From contig NZ_JAKLJH010000008.1 in the NCBI RefSeq assembly GCF_023151265.1, positions 1-57,323 on the forward strand: DNA of 57,323 bases, given 5' to 3'. The position numbers and the translations under genes were made by a program. Below the pieces are notes generated by a model, which had not been told where the DNA came from, ran no database searches, and worked only from the letters and a program-made list of their open reading frames with translations. Origin of the DNA: Flavobacterium sp. GTDB lineage: Bacteria > Bacteroidota > Bacteroidia > Flavobacteriales > Flavobacteriaceae. Shown here piece by piece: positions 9,689 through 19,590 of this stretch; positions within the stretch are counted from its first letter, which is position 1, and each line of letters begins with the position of its first letter.

Positions 9689-10606
9689 TTACTTTTTTAA
9701 ATCACGACGAATGCTTTCCATTAAAGCACTTCCACCGTTGTTTAAAATCTCCTCGGCACATTTTTTTCCGAAGTTTTTATAAGAATCAAAAGTACAACTT
9801 TTTTTGATTGTGTGTTTTTCTTTTCCGTCTAAAGAGAATAAAACGCCTTCAAAATCAATTTTGTCTGAAGTAAATGTTGCCAAAGCACCAATTGGCGCTG
9901 TACAACCACCTTCTAATGTTTTTAAAAATTCGCGTTCAATGTGTGTGCAAATTTCGGTTTCAGCATGGTTTAATTTAGCTAAGGCTTCTTTACAGAAATC
10001 ATCTTTTTGCATAGCAACGACAACCATTGCACCTTGCGCTGGTGCTGGTACCATCCAATCTAAATCGATATAATTTTCTGGTTTTAAATTGATGCGTTCT
10101 AATCCAGCGGCTGCAAAAACAGCTCCGTTCCAATCGTTATCATGAAGTTTTTGCATGCGGGTATTTACATTTCCACGTAAATCAACCACATTATGATTCG
10201 GATATTTATTTAACCATTGCGCTTGTCTACGCAAACTTCCAGTAGCAATTGTTCCTTCCGAAGTTAAAAAATCTAAATTGCCTTTATGAACTAAAATATC
10301 AACCGTATTAGCACGTTCTAAAACGGCTGCTTGCACAATTCCAATAGGTAAAGCTGTTGGTACATCTTTCATGGAATGTACAGCAATATCTACCTGACCA
10401 TTTATCATAGCGATGTCTAGGGTTTTAGTGAAAATACCAGTAATTCCTAATTCATAAAGTGGTTTATCAAGAATGATATCGCCTTGCGATTTAACTGCTG
10501 TAATTTCAGTTTTGTAACCTAAATCGTTTAGTTTTTTTTGTACTGTGTGTGCTTGCCAAAGGGCTAATTCGCTATCACGAGTTCCTATTCGGATTGTTTT
10601 GCTCAT
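9689..10606 (-). CDS. hemC: Hydroxymethylbilane synthase
   Basis: IGTRDSELALWQA, AVHSMKDVP, LRGNVNTR, LEGGCTAPIG. Confidence 0.98.
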   Translation of the reverse strand: MSKTIRIGTRDSELALWQAHTVQKKLNDLGYKTEITAVKSQGDIILDKPLYELGITGIFTKTLDIAMINGQVDIAVHSMKDVPTALPIGIVQAAVLERANTVDILVHKGNLDFLTSEGTIATGSLRRQAQWLNKYPNHNVVDLRGNVNTRMQKLHDNDWNGAVFAAAGLERINLKPENYIDLDWMVPAPAQGAMVVVAMQKDDFCKEALAKLNHAETEICTHIEREFLKTLEGGCTAPIGALATFTSDKIDFEGVLFSLDGKEKHTIKKSCTFDSYKNFGKKCAEEILNNGGSALMESIRRDLKK

Positions 10607-11862
10607 TATTTTGAAACCGTTTCTAATTGAAAAATTTTCTCAATCCATTCAATGCTTTCGTCTACCATGGTTTCATCATCTTTTAAATGATTCGCAAAGT
10701 GATTCGTGATTTTTTGAATGATTCTTGCCGTAATTAATTCGGCTTGTTCTTCGTCAAAATTAGCCAATTTTTTACGTTGAAAGTTTAATTCTCCTTCTTT
10801 AATTGTATTCAGTTTTGCTTTTAAAGCATGTATGGTAGGGGCAAATTTACGCTGTTTAGTCCAAGCCATAAATTCGTCTTTAATTTCTTCAATAATGGCT
10901 TCGGCGGCAGGAATGTGTTTTTTTCTGTTTTCCAAAGTTTCATCTGTAATTTGCGAAAGTTCATCCATGTGAACTAAAGTAACACCTTCAATGTCTTTTA
11001 CATTTTCATTCACATTTTTAGGAATCGATAAATCTAAAATTAATAAAGGTTTTTTTAGATTTAAAATGGCTTTGTCAACCGTTGGATTTTGAGCTCCAGT
11101 TGCTACCACAACGACATCCGCTTTTTGAAGTTCTATTTGTAAATCAGCATAATCTTTTACGATAACGTCAAGTTTTTTAGCTAATTTCTCAGCTTTTTCT
11201 TTAGTTCTATTAATTAATGTGATTTGTTCGTGTTTTGTATGTTTTACTAAGTTTTCACAAGTATTTCTGCCGATTTTTCCTGTTCCAAAAAGCAAAATAT
11301 TTTTTGAAGCAATATCTTCAACATTTTTAAAAATATATTGAACCGATGCAAAAGATACTGAAGTAGCTCCAGAGGAAATCTCAGTTTCGTTTTTAATTTT
11401 TTTACTCGCTTGGATAACCGCATTTACTAATCTTTCTAAAAAAGCATTGGCTAAATCAAATTCTTTACTTTTTACAAAAGCATTTTTTAATTGACTAATG
11501 ATTTCAAAATCGCCTAAAATTTGACTATCTAAACCTGTTCCTACACGAAACATGTGTGAGATTGCTTCACTATTTTTGTACACAAAAGCTACTTTTTGAA
11601 AATCTTCAACTGTTCCTTGGCTGTTTTCGCAAAGTAATTTAATCAATTGAAAAGGGTGTTGAGCAAAACCATAAATTTCAGTTCTATTACAAGTAGAAGT
11701 TACAATCAAACTATCAATACCTTCACCTTTGGCTTGATGTAATAAGTTAGTTTTGGCTTGTTCATCCAAACTAAATTTTCCTCTCATTTCAGCATCTGCT
11801 TTCTTGTAACTTAAACCTACTGCATAGAAAGTAGGATGCTTTGCGAATGTATTGTTTTCCAT
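10606..11862 (-). CDS. hemA: Glutamyl-tRNA reductase
   Basis: STCNRTEIY, GLDSQILGDFEIISQ, GTGKIG, DLSIPKN. Confidence 0.97.
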   Translation of the reverse strand: MENNTFAKHPTFYAVGLSYKKADAEMRGKFSLDEQAKTNLLHQAKGEGIDSLIVTSTCNRTEIYGFAQHPFQLIKLLCENSQGTVEDFQKVAFVYKNSEAISHMFRVGTGLDSQILGDFEIISQLKNAFVKSKEFDLANAFLERLVNAVIQASKKIKNETEISSGATSVSFASVQYIFKNVEDIASKNILLFGTGKIGRNTCENLVKHTKHEQITLINRTKEKAEKLAKKLDVIVKDYADLQIELQKADVVVVATGAQNPTVDKAILNLKKPLLILDLSIPKNVNENVKDIEGVTLVHMDELSQITDETLENRKKHIPAAEAIIEEIKDEFMAWTKQRKFAPTIHALKAKLNTIKEGELNFQRKKLANFDEEQAELITARIIQKITNHFANHLKDDETMVDESIEWIEKIFQLETVSK

Positions 11863-12028
11863 ATGGTGTACTCTTTCCTAAAAGTTTAACAAAATTATAT
11901 TTTCCAATTTTATAAAAACAACGCTTGAAGGACTTTTTATGTCGCTCAACGATATTTTAAAGATAAATAAGTCTTTTTCTTATATTTTTTTTAAATTTGT
12001 TATGTTATCTAGTGTTTACAAATTAACT

Positions 12029-12047
12029 ATATAGATTAATTCTAAAT
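12029..12047. promoter_or_regulatory. Fur-box-like palindrome in the hemA divergent intergenic region
   Basis: ATATAGATTAATTCTAAAT matches 17/19 of the palindrome ATTTAGAATnATTCTAAAT; related sites at 36211 and 46495 lie next to iron genes. Confidence 0.55.
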
Positions 12048-12092
12048 AATGATTTTTGATATTCACATAAATACATACGTAAAAATGTCGCT

Positions 12093-14396
12093 GTGGGTTC
12101 ATTTTATAAAAAAATATTTTTCGTGAAAATAACAAGTTACTTTCCCTATCTATTTATTTTTTATTGTGTTTCAGTAATAGCGCAAGGAGAAGCTAATATT
12201 TGGTATTTTGGAACAAATGCTGGATTAAATTTTAACAACAATCCTCCAACCCCTCTTTTAGATTTGCCTACAGTAGGCATGTTTTCTTCTGAAGGTTGCT
12301 CAACAATAAGCAATAGTGATGGAGATTTATTGTTTTATTCTAATGGTGAAAAAGTTTGGAATAAAAATTTTCAAATTATGTTTAATGGAGATCATTTGTC
12401 TGGGCATAATTCATCTACTCAATCATCTGCTATAATACCTTATCCAGGCACATATAATAGTACTGAAAACAGATTTGATAAGTATTTTTTAGTTACTTTG
12501 GATCAATATATTGAACAAAATCCAAGCATTCCAAATAAAGGCGTTTGTTTTTCGGAAATTGACATGACAATGGACGGAGGGCTTGGAGGCGTAACAACAA
12601 ACAAGAATATTCATCTTTTTGGAACGTCAACTACTGAGAAAGTTTGTGTTGTGCCTCATAGTAATGGTTGTGATTTTTGGGTAATTTGTAAAGTAGTAGA
12701 CAGCTATGATTTTTATGTTTATCACATTTCTAGCAGTGGTTTTAATCTTACACCAGTAGTTAGTACCACATCTGTTTTTACGGAGGCAAGTCCTGGACAA
12801 ATGAAAGTTTCATCAAATCATAAATTACTTTCTTATGTTTTGCCACCTTATAGTGCTAATCCAGGTTTATATGTTTTTAATTTTGATAATGCAACGGGTT
12901 TAATTACTGATAAATTTTCAGACTTAACCAGTGAAAATCACTATGGAGCCGAATTTTCTCCTGATAGTAAAGTATTTTACAAATGTTCTGGAAGTAGAAT
13001 ATATCAATATGATGTATCAGTAAATTCAAATAACGACTTTGTAGCTTCTAAGGTAACAATAATGTCATCAGTTGCTGGCTTACAATCTATGCAGCTAGCA
13101 CCTGATGGGAAAATTTATATTGCAAGATTAATATTAAATGGATTTCCAAATTATATGGGAGTTATTAATAATCCAAATGTTTTAGGTACAGCTTGTAATT
13201 ATGTGCCATTACAGCAATATTTAGGAGGGCGTTTTTGTATGGCGGGATTACCGAATCAATTAAATAGTTTAATTCCTTATAATAATATTTTAATTGAAAA
13301 TGAATATTGTAATGCCTTGCAAGTTTCTTTAGAAAACAATAATAATATTAACAGTTATTCATGGGGTTTGTCTTATGCAAGCGCCCCAGGGACTTTTATA
13401 AGTAGTTCAACTGAAGCCAATCCTATTTTTAGCTTTCCAGATTATAACCAAAATTATATTATTACTTGTAGTGTACTTTCTAATTGCTATAATAAAACTT
13501 ATGAATTACTATATAGGCCAACCGTGCCAACATATATAACGCCCACATTTAATATTTCAACAACCGAATATTGTCAAAATCAAACACCAGATGTGTTGTC
13601 TACAGTTTCTACAGAGGGTATTTTAGGCACTTGGTTTCCAAATAACATAGATACAAGTATTCTGGGTACAACGACCTATACTTTTACTCCAAATCTTAAT
13701 CAAGTTCAATGTGCTTATGCTGTTTCTGTTACAATTACTGTGAATCCGGTAGTTTCTTTTTCTTTTTCAGATGAGGTTGTTTGTAAAAATGGATTAATAG
13801 TTTTTCCTAATACAAATGGAATTATCGGAACTTGGTCTCCAACAAGTGTTAGTAATACTCAAAGCGGAATTTATACTTTTACTCCAAACAACTCATGTAG
13901 TCCATCAGCAACTTGGCAAGTTTTGGTTGTAGAAAGCTTTTCTAATTTAACTATATCTACTTACAATACAACTATAATTGCAAATGTTGACAATGTTAAT
14001 AGTTTGCTTTTGTATCAATTAAATAATGGAAATTTCCAAGATTCTAATACATTTGAAAATGTAAATCCGGGTTGCCATACAGTAAATGTTACAGATATAT
14101 ATGGTTGTACAAATCTGTCTTCTTCGGTTTTTGTTTTTGATTATCCCAAATTTTTCTCGCCAAACAATGACGGATATAATGACTTTTGGAATGTTTTTTT
14201 AGAAAACTCAGATACTACTTTGTCTATTTTTGATCGTTATGGAAAATTGTTAAAACAAATTCGTCAGGATGAAGTAGGTTGGGATGGAACTTATAATGGG
14301 TATAAACTTCCTTCAACAGATTATTGGTTTGTATTAGATTATGATGAATGTGGAATTAAGCGAACTTTTAAATCACATTTTACTTTAATTAGATAA
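12093..14396 (+). CDS. Secreted protein with T9SS type-B (gliding-motility-associated) C-terminal domain; start may be the GTG at 12123
   Basis: Signal peptide then QGEANIWYFG; beta-propeller-like QLAPDGKIY; two GIxGTW..YTFTPN repeats; CTD PKFFSPNNDGYNDFW...IFDRYGKLL...GWDGTYNG.KLPSTDYWF...HFTLIR. Confidence 0.9.
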   Translation: MGSFYKKIFFVKITSYFPYLFIFYCVSVIAQGEANIWYFGTNAGLNFNNNPPTPLLDLPTVGMFSSEGCSTISNSDGDLLFYSNGEKVWNKNFQIMFNGDHLSGHNSSTQSSAIIPYPGTYNSTENRFDKYFLVTLDQYIEQNPSIPNKGVCFSEIDMTMDGGLGGVTTNKNIHLFGTSTTEKVCVVPHSNGCDFWVICKVVDSYDFYVYHISSSGFNLTPVVSTTSVFTEASPGQMKVSSNHKLLSYVLPPYSANPGLYVFNFDNATGLITDKFSDLTSENHYGAEFSPDSKVFYKCSGSRIYQYDVSVNSNNDFVASKVTIMSSVAGLQSMQLAPDGKIYIARLILNGFPNYMGVINNPNVLGTACNYVPLQQYLGGRFCMAGLPNQLNSLIPYNNILIENEYCNALQVSLENNNNINSYSWGLSYASAPGTFISSSTEANPIFSFPDYNQNYIITCSVLSNCYNKTYELLYRPTVPTYITPTFNISTTEYCQNQTPDVLSTVSTEGILGTWFPNNIDTSILGTTTYTFTPNLNQVQCAYAVSVTITVNPVVSFSFSDEVVCKNGLIVFPNTNGIIGTWSPTSVSNTQSGIYTFTPNNSCSPSATWQVLVVESFSNLTISTYNTTIIANVDNVNSLLLYQLNNGNFQDSNTFENVNPGCHTVNVTDIYGCTNLSSSVFVFDYPKFFSPNNDGYNDFWNVFLENSDTTLSIFDRYGKLLKQIRQDEVGWDGTYNGYKLPSTDYWFVLDYDECGIKRTFKSHFTLIR

Positions 14397-14546
14397 TGTT
14401 TCAAAATTGGAAATAATCTTCAAAAATTGTTTAAAATAATAATAAAAACAATATCTTATTTCTTTACAAGATATGATGAAAACTAAAGGTTTTATCGGTA
14501 TTTATTCATAAATTTGAATACCCCAAATAACAAAAAAAACAGCGCT

Positions 14547-15419
14547 ATGGCTTCATTAGAAGAAATAAAAATTGAAAATGAGTTTATTTTATTGCGTTTT
14601 CAAAATGATAGTAACGAAACAATTAAAATAGAACGACCAGTAAGTCAAGGCCTTATTCAGTTTCATTTTGGTATTAAAGGAAAGGGAAAATTTATTTTTA
14701 ATCAAGGAAATTACGCTTTGGATTTAAAAGAAGAAAAATCGCTTTTGTTTTACAATCCACAAAAAGAATTGCCAATACATTTAGAATTAGCACCTAACAC
14801 TTGGATAATTTCTGTAATTGTATCTATAAAAAAATTTCATGGGCTATTTTCTTCAGAGGCAGAAAACATCCCTTTTTTAAGTGATGAAAATAAAGATAAA
14901 AAATACTATAAAGAGAACGACATTAGTCCATCTATGTCAATTGTTTTAAGTCAAATTTTTCATTATAATTTAAATTCATTCATTAAAAATTTATATTACA
15001 AAGGTAAAGGTTACGAATTATTAAGTTTATATTTCAATCGTTCCGAAGACCCAAATGCAGAACAATGTCCGTTTTTAATTGATGAAGAAAACGTTTTAAA
15101 AATAAAAAAGGCAAAGGAAATCATCATTGCTAATATGGCTGAACCTCCAACATTAGAAGTTTTATCAGATCAAGTAGGATTAAGTTTAAAAAAATTAAAA
15201 ATAGGTTTTAAACAAATTTATGGTGATACCGTTTATGGATTTTTGTTTGATTATAAAATGGATTATGCACGTCAGTTACTAGATAGTGGTTCCTATAATG
15301 TAAATGAAGTTGGATTAAAAATTGGATATAGTACAGGAAGTCATTTTATAGCTGCTTTTAAAAAGAAATTTGGAACAACACCAAAAAAATATTTGATGTC
15401 GATTAATTCTAACATATAA
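14547..15419 (+). CDS. AraC-family transcriptional regulator (likely start ATG 14547)
   Basis: C-terminal double HTH LKKLKIGFKQIYG...VNEVGLKIGYSTGSHFIAAFKKKFGTTP. Confidence 0.93.
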   Translation: MASLEEIKIENEFILLRFQNDSNETIKIERPVSQGLIQFHFGIKGKGKFIFNQGNYALDLKEEKSLLFYNPQKELPIHLELAPNTWIISVIVSIKKFHGLFSSEAENIPFLSDENKDKKYYKENDISPSMSIVLSQIFHYNLNSFIKNLYYKGKGYELLSLYFNRSEDPNAEQCPFLIDEENVLKIKKAKEIIIANMAEPPTLEVLSDQVGLSLKKLKIGFKQIYGDTVYGFLFDYKMDYARQLLDSGSYNVNEVGLKIGYSTGSHFIAAFKKKFGTTPKKYLMSINSNI

Positions 15420-15446
15420 AAAAAAGAGCTCTAATGCTCTTTTTTT
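15418..15446. terminator. Bidirectional intrinsic terminator
   Basis: aaaaaaaagagc-tctaat-gctctttttt between convergent genes. Confidence 0.75.
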
Positions 15447-16266
15447 AATTATAATAGTGTGCGATAATCACAACTTCATCATCTCCGCCACCCATTTGCA
15501 TTTTAACAGCTCCAGTTCCTCCTGTGTCGGCAACAAACAATATCCCTGCAAACATTGGGCAATAAGTACCTGGGCCTAATTTTATGTAATCATGTCCAGT
15601 TGCGTAGAACTTTTTATCAAATCCTTCGCCGCCACCAGCTCCTAAGGTACTTCCGTTAGTATAAAAGTTACCGCTATATCCCATGGCTCCTGGGTTTCCT
15701 GCAAAATCAATTGGATTTCCATCATAATCTGTTGTAACTATAGCTCCTGCAGGGCCAGTTTGTCTTAAATAAACATAAAATTGAGCAGTACGTGCATGGT
15801 AATCATCTATAGGATTTCCAGATTTATATATTTCGTATGAAATGGCATAATTAATTTCTACAATTGCAGGTCTTGTTAATGTAAAAGTTGATAAACCTGC
15901 ACCTGTTTGGCGTGGCCACCCTGCTTGTGAATATCCAGAACCAACTCCAGTTTGATTTACTTGGTTTGAATCTGCTCCTCCTGTATCTAAAGGATCATTT
16001 AGGTAATTTGCGGGATTAAATAGTACTTCAATATTTGTTGGAGCATTGTTTAAAACCAAGTCTCCATTTGAGTTGGCGTAAACACGAGTGTTTTCTTTAT
16101 CGCCTAAATTTAATGGATTATTAGTTGAATTTAAGCCTTCGATACGGATAGTTGAATTAGTGCCCGAGATGTGTAATTCTTCTTGTGGGTTTGTATTGTT
16201 TACACCTACTTGAGCCAATCCAAATAGTGAAGAAAGTGTAAATAAGAATAAAAATATTTTTTTCAT
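15445..16266 (-). CDS. Secreted beta-rich protein, paralog type C (copy 2)
   Basis: Signal peptide, QVGVNNTNPQEELHISG..TIRIEGLN; closest to 17930..18754 (LGPGTYxPMFA, GTGAVK, DEVxIIAxYxN). Confidence 0.85.
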   Translation of the reverse strand: MKKIFLFLFTLSSLFGLAQVGVNNTNPQEELHISGTNSTIRIEGLNSTNNPLNLGDKENTRVYANSNGDLVLNNAPTNIEVLFNPANYLNDPLDTGGADSNQVNQTGVGSGYSQAGWPRQTGAGLSTFTLTRPAIVEINYAISYEIYKSGNPIDDYHARTAQFYVYLRQTGPAGAIVTTDYDGNPIDFAGNPGAMGYSGNFYTNGSTLGAGGGEGFDKKFYATGHDYIKLGPGTYCPMFAGILFVADTGGTGAVKMQMGGGDDEVVIIAHYYN

Positions 16267-16276
16267 AACTAATTCT

Positions 16277-17047
16277 TTAGTTGTAAATACGAATTTTTAA
16301 ATAATCTGATGAACCTCCAAAACCTACGTAGGTGTCTCTGTTGTTGCCGTCTGCAGTTTCTCCATAAAAAACTAATGAATGATTACCAGCAGGGATGTTT
16401 CCATATCCAACACCGTGAATAAAAGCGTATCCAACAGAGCCTTGTACATAAGAAGTGTAGGCTTCTCCGTGTAAACCATATCTTTTAGAGAGTTCTGTAG
16501 CATCTAAACCATCACTATTTAAATCGATATAGAAATAACAACGTACAGTTCTTGCAGAAACATCGCTGAAAGTAGAGGCAGCGGCAGCGGGTAAAAACTG
16601 GTCAGAAAGGTCAATTGTCATAGCATAGCGAACTTCTATTAATGCTTCTTGAGGACTTGAAAAAGGCACTGAAACTATTTGATTTACGGCAGTAGTTACA
16701 CCAACGGGGTTCGCAACAACAGTTCCATCTCCAAAAGGGCCATTTGGAACAAAATTTGGGATACTAATTAAAAAATTTAAAGGTTCGTTTGTGCCAACAC
16801 CACCTCCAGTTGTAAAGCCAGGAGGGTTTAAGGTTAAGTCTCCATCGCCAGTTACATAAACAGGGGCTAATTTTGGAGCTACATTTAAAACGGGTTCATT
16901 TGTAGAATTTAAACTTTCTATACGAATAGTAGAATTTGTACCTGCAACATGTAAATCTTTTTGTGGATTATCTGTTCCAATTCCTACTTGAGAAAAAGAA
17001 AAATTACAAGACAAAATGAATGCTATATAAAATATTGTTTTCTTCAT
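16277..17047 (-). CDS. Secreted beta-rich protein, paralog type B (copy 2)
   Basis: Signal peptide, QVGIGTDNPQKDLHVAG; closest to 18767..19549 (NFLIxxPNF, VGFGGxxDYLKxRxYN). Confidence 0.85.
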   Translation of the reverse strand: MKKTIFYIAFILSCNFSFSQVGIGTDNPQKDLHVAGTNSTIRIESLNSTNEPVLNVAPKLAPVYVTGDGDLTLNPPGFTTGGGVGTNEPLNFLISIPNFVPNGPFGDGTVVANPVGVTTAVNQIVSVPFSSPQEALIEVRYAMTIDLSDQFLPAAAASTFSDVSARTVRCYFYIDLNSDGLDATELSKRYGLHGEAYTSYVQGSVGYAFIHGVGYGNIPAGNHSLVFYGETADGNNRDTYVGFGGSSDYLKIRIYN

Positions 17048-17062
17048 AATTACAGTAGGGGA

Positions 17063-17818
17063 TTAGTATAAACGAATAAAAATAGAGTCTGGTCCACCAG
17101 CAAATCTAACAAATGTATTTCTGTTAGCTGACCCCGAACATACTGTTCCGTAAAATCTTACGGTGTGTGTGCCTGGAGTTAAATACATGTAAGTTGTTCC
17201 GCTATTATAAATGTATCCCGTAGCAGCATCTGGAGCAGCTGCAGGGTTTGTTGCAATATCATTTCTGTTAAAATAGCATTTCGAACTTGGAGCGTATCTT
17301 CTAGTTGTTGAGGTTAATGTAGGTGTGTTTAGTGTAAAAAAATTAGTTATGTTTCTGGCGTATGGGTCTTTAACAATAGTTAGTAGATTGTCTTGAAAAA
17401 CTTCCACACTCAAAGAGTATTTTATTTCTAGTGTAGTGTTTCTGGCAACTGTAAAAGTGTAAGAAGTTATTTCAACAGTTTCATAACCATCATTTGGTAA
17501 TTGAGCTGTAGTAATAGACACTGTTCCATTAACAGCGGCAGTTGTGTAGGCATCTGAACCATCACTGTTTTGATAAGCAGAAACTTTTAACGTTAAATCG
17601 CCATTGTGGTCTACATATAAAGGATATGTTTTATCAACACCTCCGCCGTTAAATGAATTATTTGTAGAATTTAATCCGTCAACTCGAATTGTACCTGTTT
17701 GTGAGCCTAAATGAAGTGTTTGCTGAGGATTGTCTTTGTTGATTCCTACACCGCTAACTTGTGCGTTTGAGGTTATTCCAATAAAAAGAAATATCAGAAA
17801 AATAATTTTTAATTTCAT
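17063..17818 (-). CDS. Secreted beta-rich protein, paralog type A (copy 2)
   Basis: Signal peptide, GVGINKDNPQQTLHLGS; closest to 19591..20319 (TYPLYVD, NSDGSDA, KCY, RFYG). Confidence 0.85.
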   Translation of the reverse strand: MKLKIIFLIFLFIGITSNAQVSGVGINKDNPQQTLHLGSQTGTIRVDGLNSTNNSFNGGGVDKTYPLYVDHNGDLTLKVSAYQNSDGSDAYTTAAVNGTVSITTAQLPNDGYETVEITSYTFTVARNTTLEIKYSLSVEVFQDNLLTIVKDPYARNITNFFTLNTPTLTSTTRRYAPSSKCYFNRNDIATNPAAAPDAATGYIYNSGTTYMYLTPGTHTVRFYGTVCSGSANRNTFVRFAGGPDSIFIRLY

Positions 17819-17929
17819 GCTCTACCTTTTCCTCAAAAATCTAAATATTTTTATGATATTCAATATTTTGCATTAAATAATCGACAAAACACATTATTTA
17901 TCGATAAAAAGCAAATTATTTTTAAAAAT

Positions 17930-18754
17930 TTAGTTAAAATAGTACGCAATTATTTGAACCTCATCCATTCCTACTCCTAAATATAATTTTACAGCACCTG
18001 TTCCAGCAGTATCTCCAACGGCAAGTTGTGCAGCAAACATAGGAGTGTAAGTGCCTGGTCCTAAAACCACATAATCAGATGCTGTATTTCTGTAGTTCCT
18101 CCATTCACCTTGATTTCCCGCAATATTATTGTAAAATTGACCATTAATAGCTAATAAACCTCCAAGTTCCATGCAGTTACTTGTAATACACCAAGGTCCG
18201 CCATTTATAGGATTACCATAATAATCGTTAATTACAGCTGGTCCTAAATAATTATTTTGTCTAAAATACATTGCTGTTTGAACAATTCTAGCTCTAAAAT
18301 CATCAATACGAGAGGTTGCAGTAACATTTTTTCCAACATTCCAGCTTACAGAGTAATTAACTTCAACAATAGCAGGTTTAGTTAATGTGAATGATATTGC
18401 AGCACCTCCAATTGGTATTCCGCCTTGACTAAAACCAGCACCGCTACCTACTTGGTTTATTAATGAAGTTGGGTCTTGAACGTCAACTAAATAATTTTCT
18501 GAGTCAAACAGAATTTCAACATTGTCGGTTAAAGTTCCTAAAACTAAATCTCCATCTGCATCAACATAAACGGGTGTTGAAGAAGCTGGTCCTAAATTAT
18601 TAATATTGTTAGGGGTGTTTAATCCATCAATTCTAATAGTAGAATTTGAACCTCCTACGTGTAATTCTTCTTGTGGATTTGTTGTATTTACACCTACTTG
18701 TCCATTAACTGAAATGCAAAATGTAAAAATAATTGGGGTAAAATATTTTCTCAT
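17930..18754 (-). CDS. Secreted beta-rich protein, paralog type C (copy 1)
   Basis: Signal peptide, QVGVNTTNPQEELHVGG..TIRIDGLN. Confidence 0.85.
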   Translation of the reverse strand: MRKYFTPIIFTFCISVNGQVGVNTTNPQEELHVGGSNSTIRIDGLNTPNNINNLGPASSTPVYVDADGDLVLGTLTDNVEILFDSENYLVDVQDPTSLINQVGSGAGFSQGGIPIGGAAISFTLTKPAIVEVNYSVSWNVGKNVTATSRIDDFRARIVQTAMYFRQNNYLGPAVINDYYGNPINGGPWCITSNCMELGGLLAINGQFYNNIAGNQGEWRNYRNTASDYVVLGPGTYTPMFAAQLAVGDTAGTGAVKLYLGVGMDEVQIIAYYFN

Positions 18755-18766
18755 GATTGTAGGGGT

Positions 18767-19549
18767 TTAATTATATACACGTAGTTTTAAATAATCTGTT
18801 GCACCACCAAATCCAACACTTGTAAATGTGCTTGGTGGGTCTTGAACTTTTCCGAAGAAATGGATTGAATGTGTTCCGGGTGGTAATGTAGCATATCCTT
18901 GGCTATTCATATAAGGATAACCTAAAGAGCCTCCTGCAACTGAGCAATAAAATTGTCCTTTATTTCCATATTCAATAGCTTTTTCTGCAGGACTTAAACC
19001 GTCGTTGTTGATGTCAAAACAAAAGAATGTTTCAATGGTTCTAGTCTTGCTATCATTGATGTAAGCTAAACTTGGTGTCAGCATATTTGAGCCAGAAATA
19101 ACTAAAGTAACTCCATGCTTAACTTCTACAGTACAAGCAGCAGGAACCGTAAATGTTACACTGTAAATAAATCCTTCAACGCCTTCTTGTGTTAAGTCGC
19201 TATTAATTATTCTTCCTAAGCTGTTATAAGGTGCTGGTAACCCATCAACATTATCAGGAATAAAATTAGGAACATCAATTAAAAAGTTAATGGGTAAATT
19301 GCCATTACCACTTCCTCCAGCTGTATAATTTGGAGGGGTTAATGTTAAATTTCCATTAGAATTTACATAAACACGAGCATTTTTTATTCCATCATTTAAC
19401 ACATTGTTTGTGCTGCTTAATCCTTCTATTCTAATAGTTGATGTATTTCCGGAAACGTGAAGTTCTTCTTGTGGGTTTGTAGTTCCTATACCAACTTGAC
19501 TAAAGCTTATAGAAGTACAAAACAATAAACATAAGTATTGATTTTTCAT
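18767..19549 (-). CDS. Secreted beta-rich protein, paralog type B (copy 1)
   Basis: Signal peptide, QVGIGTTNPQEELHVSG..TIRIEGL. Confidence 0.85.
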   Translation of the reverse strand: MKNQYLCLLFCTSISFSQVGIGTTNPQEELHVSGNTSTIRIEGLSSTNNVLNDGIKNARVYVNSNGNLTLTPPNYTAGGSGNGNLPINFLIDVPNFIPDNVDGLPAPYNSLGRIINSDLTQEGVEGFIYSVTFTVPAACTVEVKHGVTLVISGSNMLTPSLAYINDSKTRTIETFFCFDINNDGLSPAEKAIEYGNKGQFYCSVAGGSLGYPYMNSQGYATLPPGTHSIHFFGKVQDPPSTFTSVGFGGATDYLKLRVYN

Positions 19550-19590
19550 AATTTTGGGGATTAAAGAATTATAATACTGTTATAAAGTAT

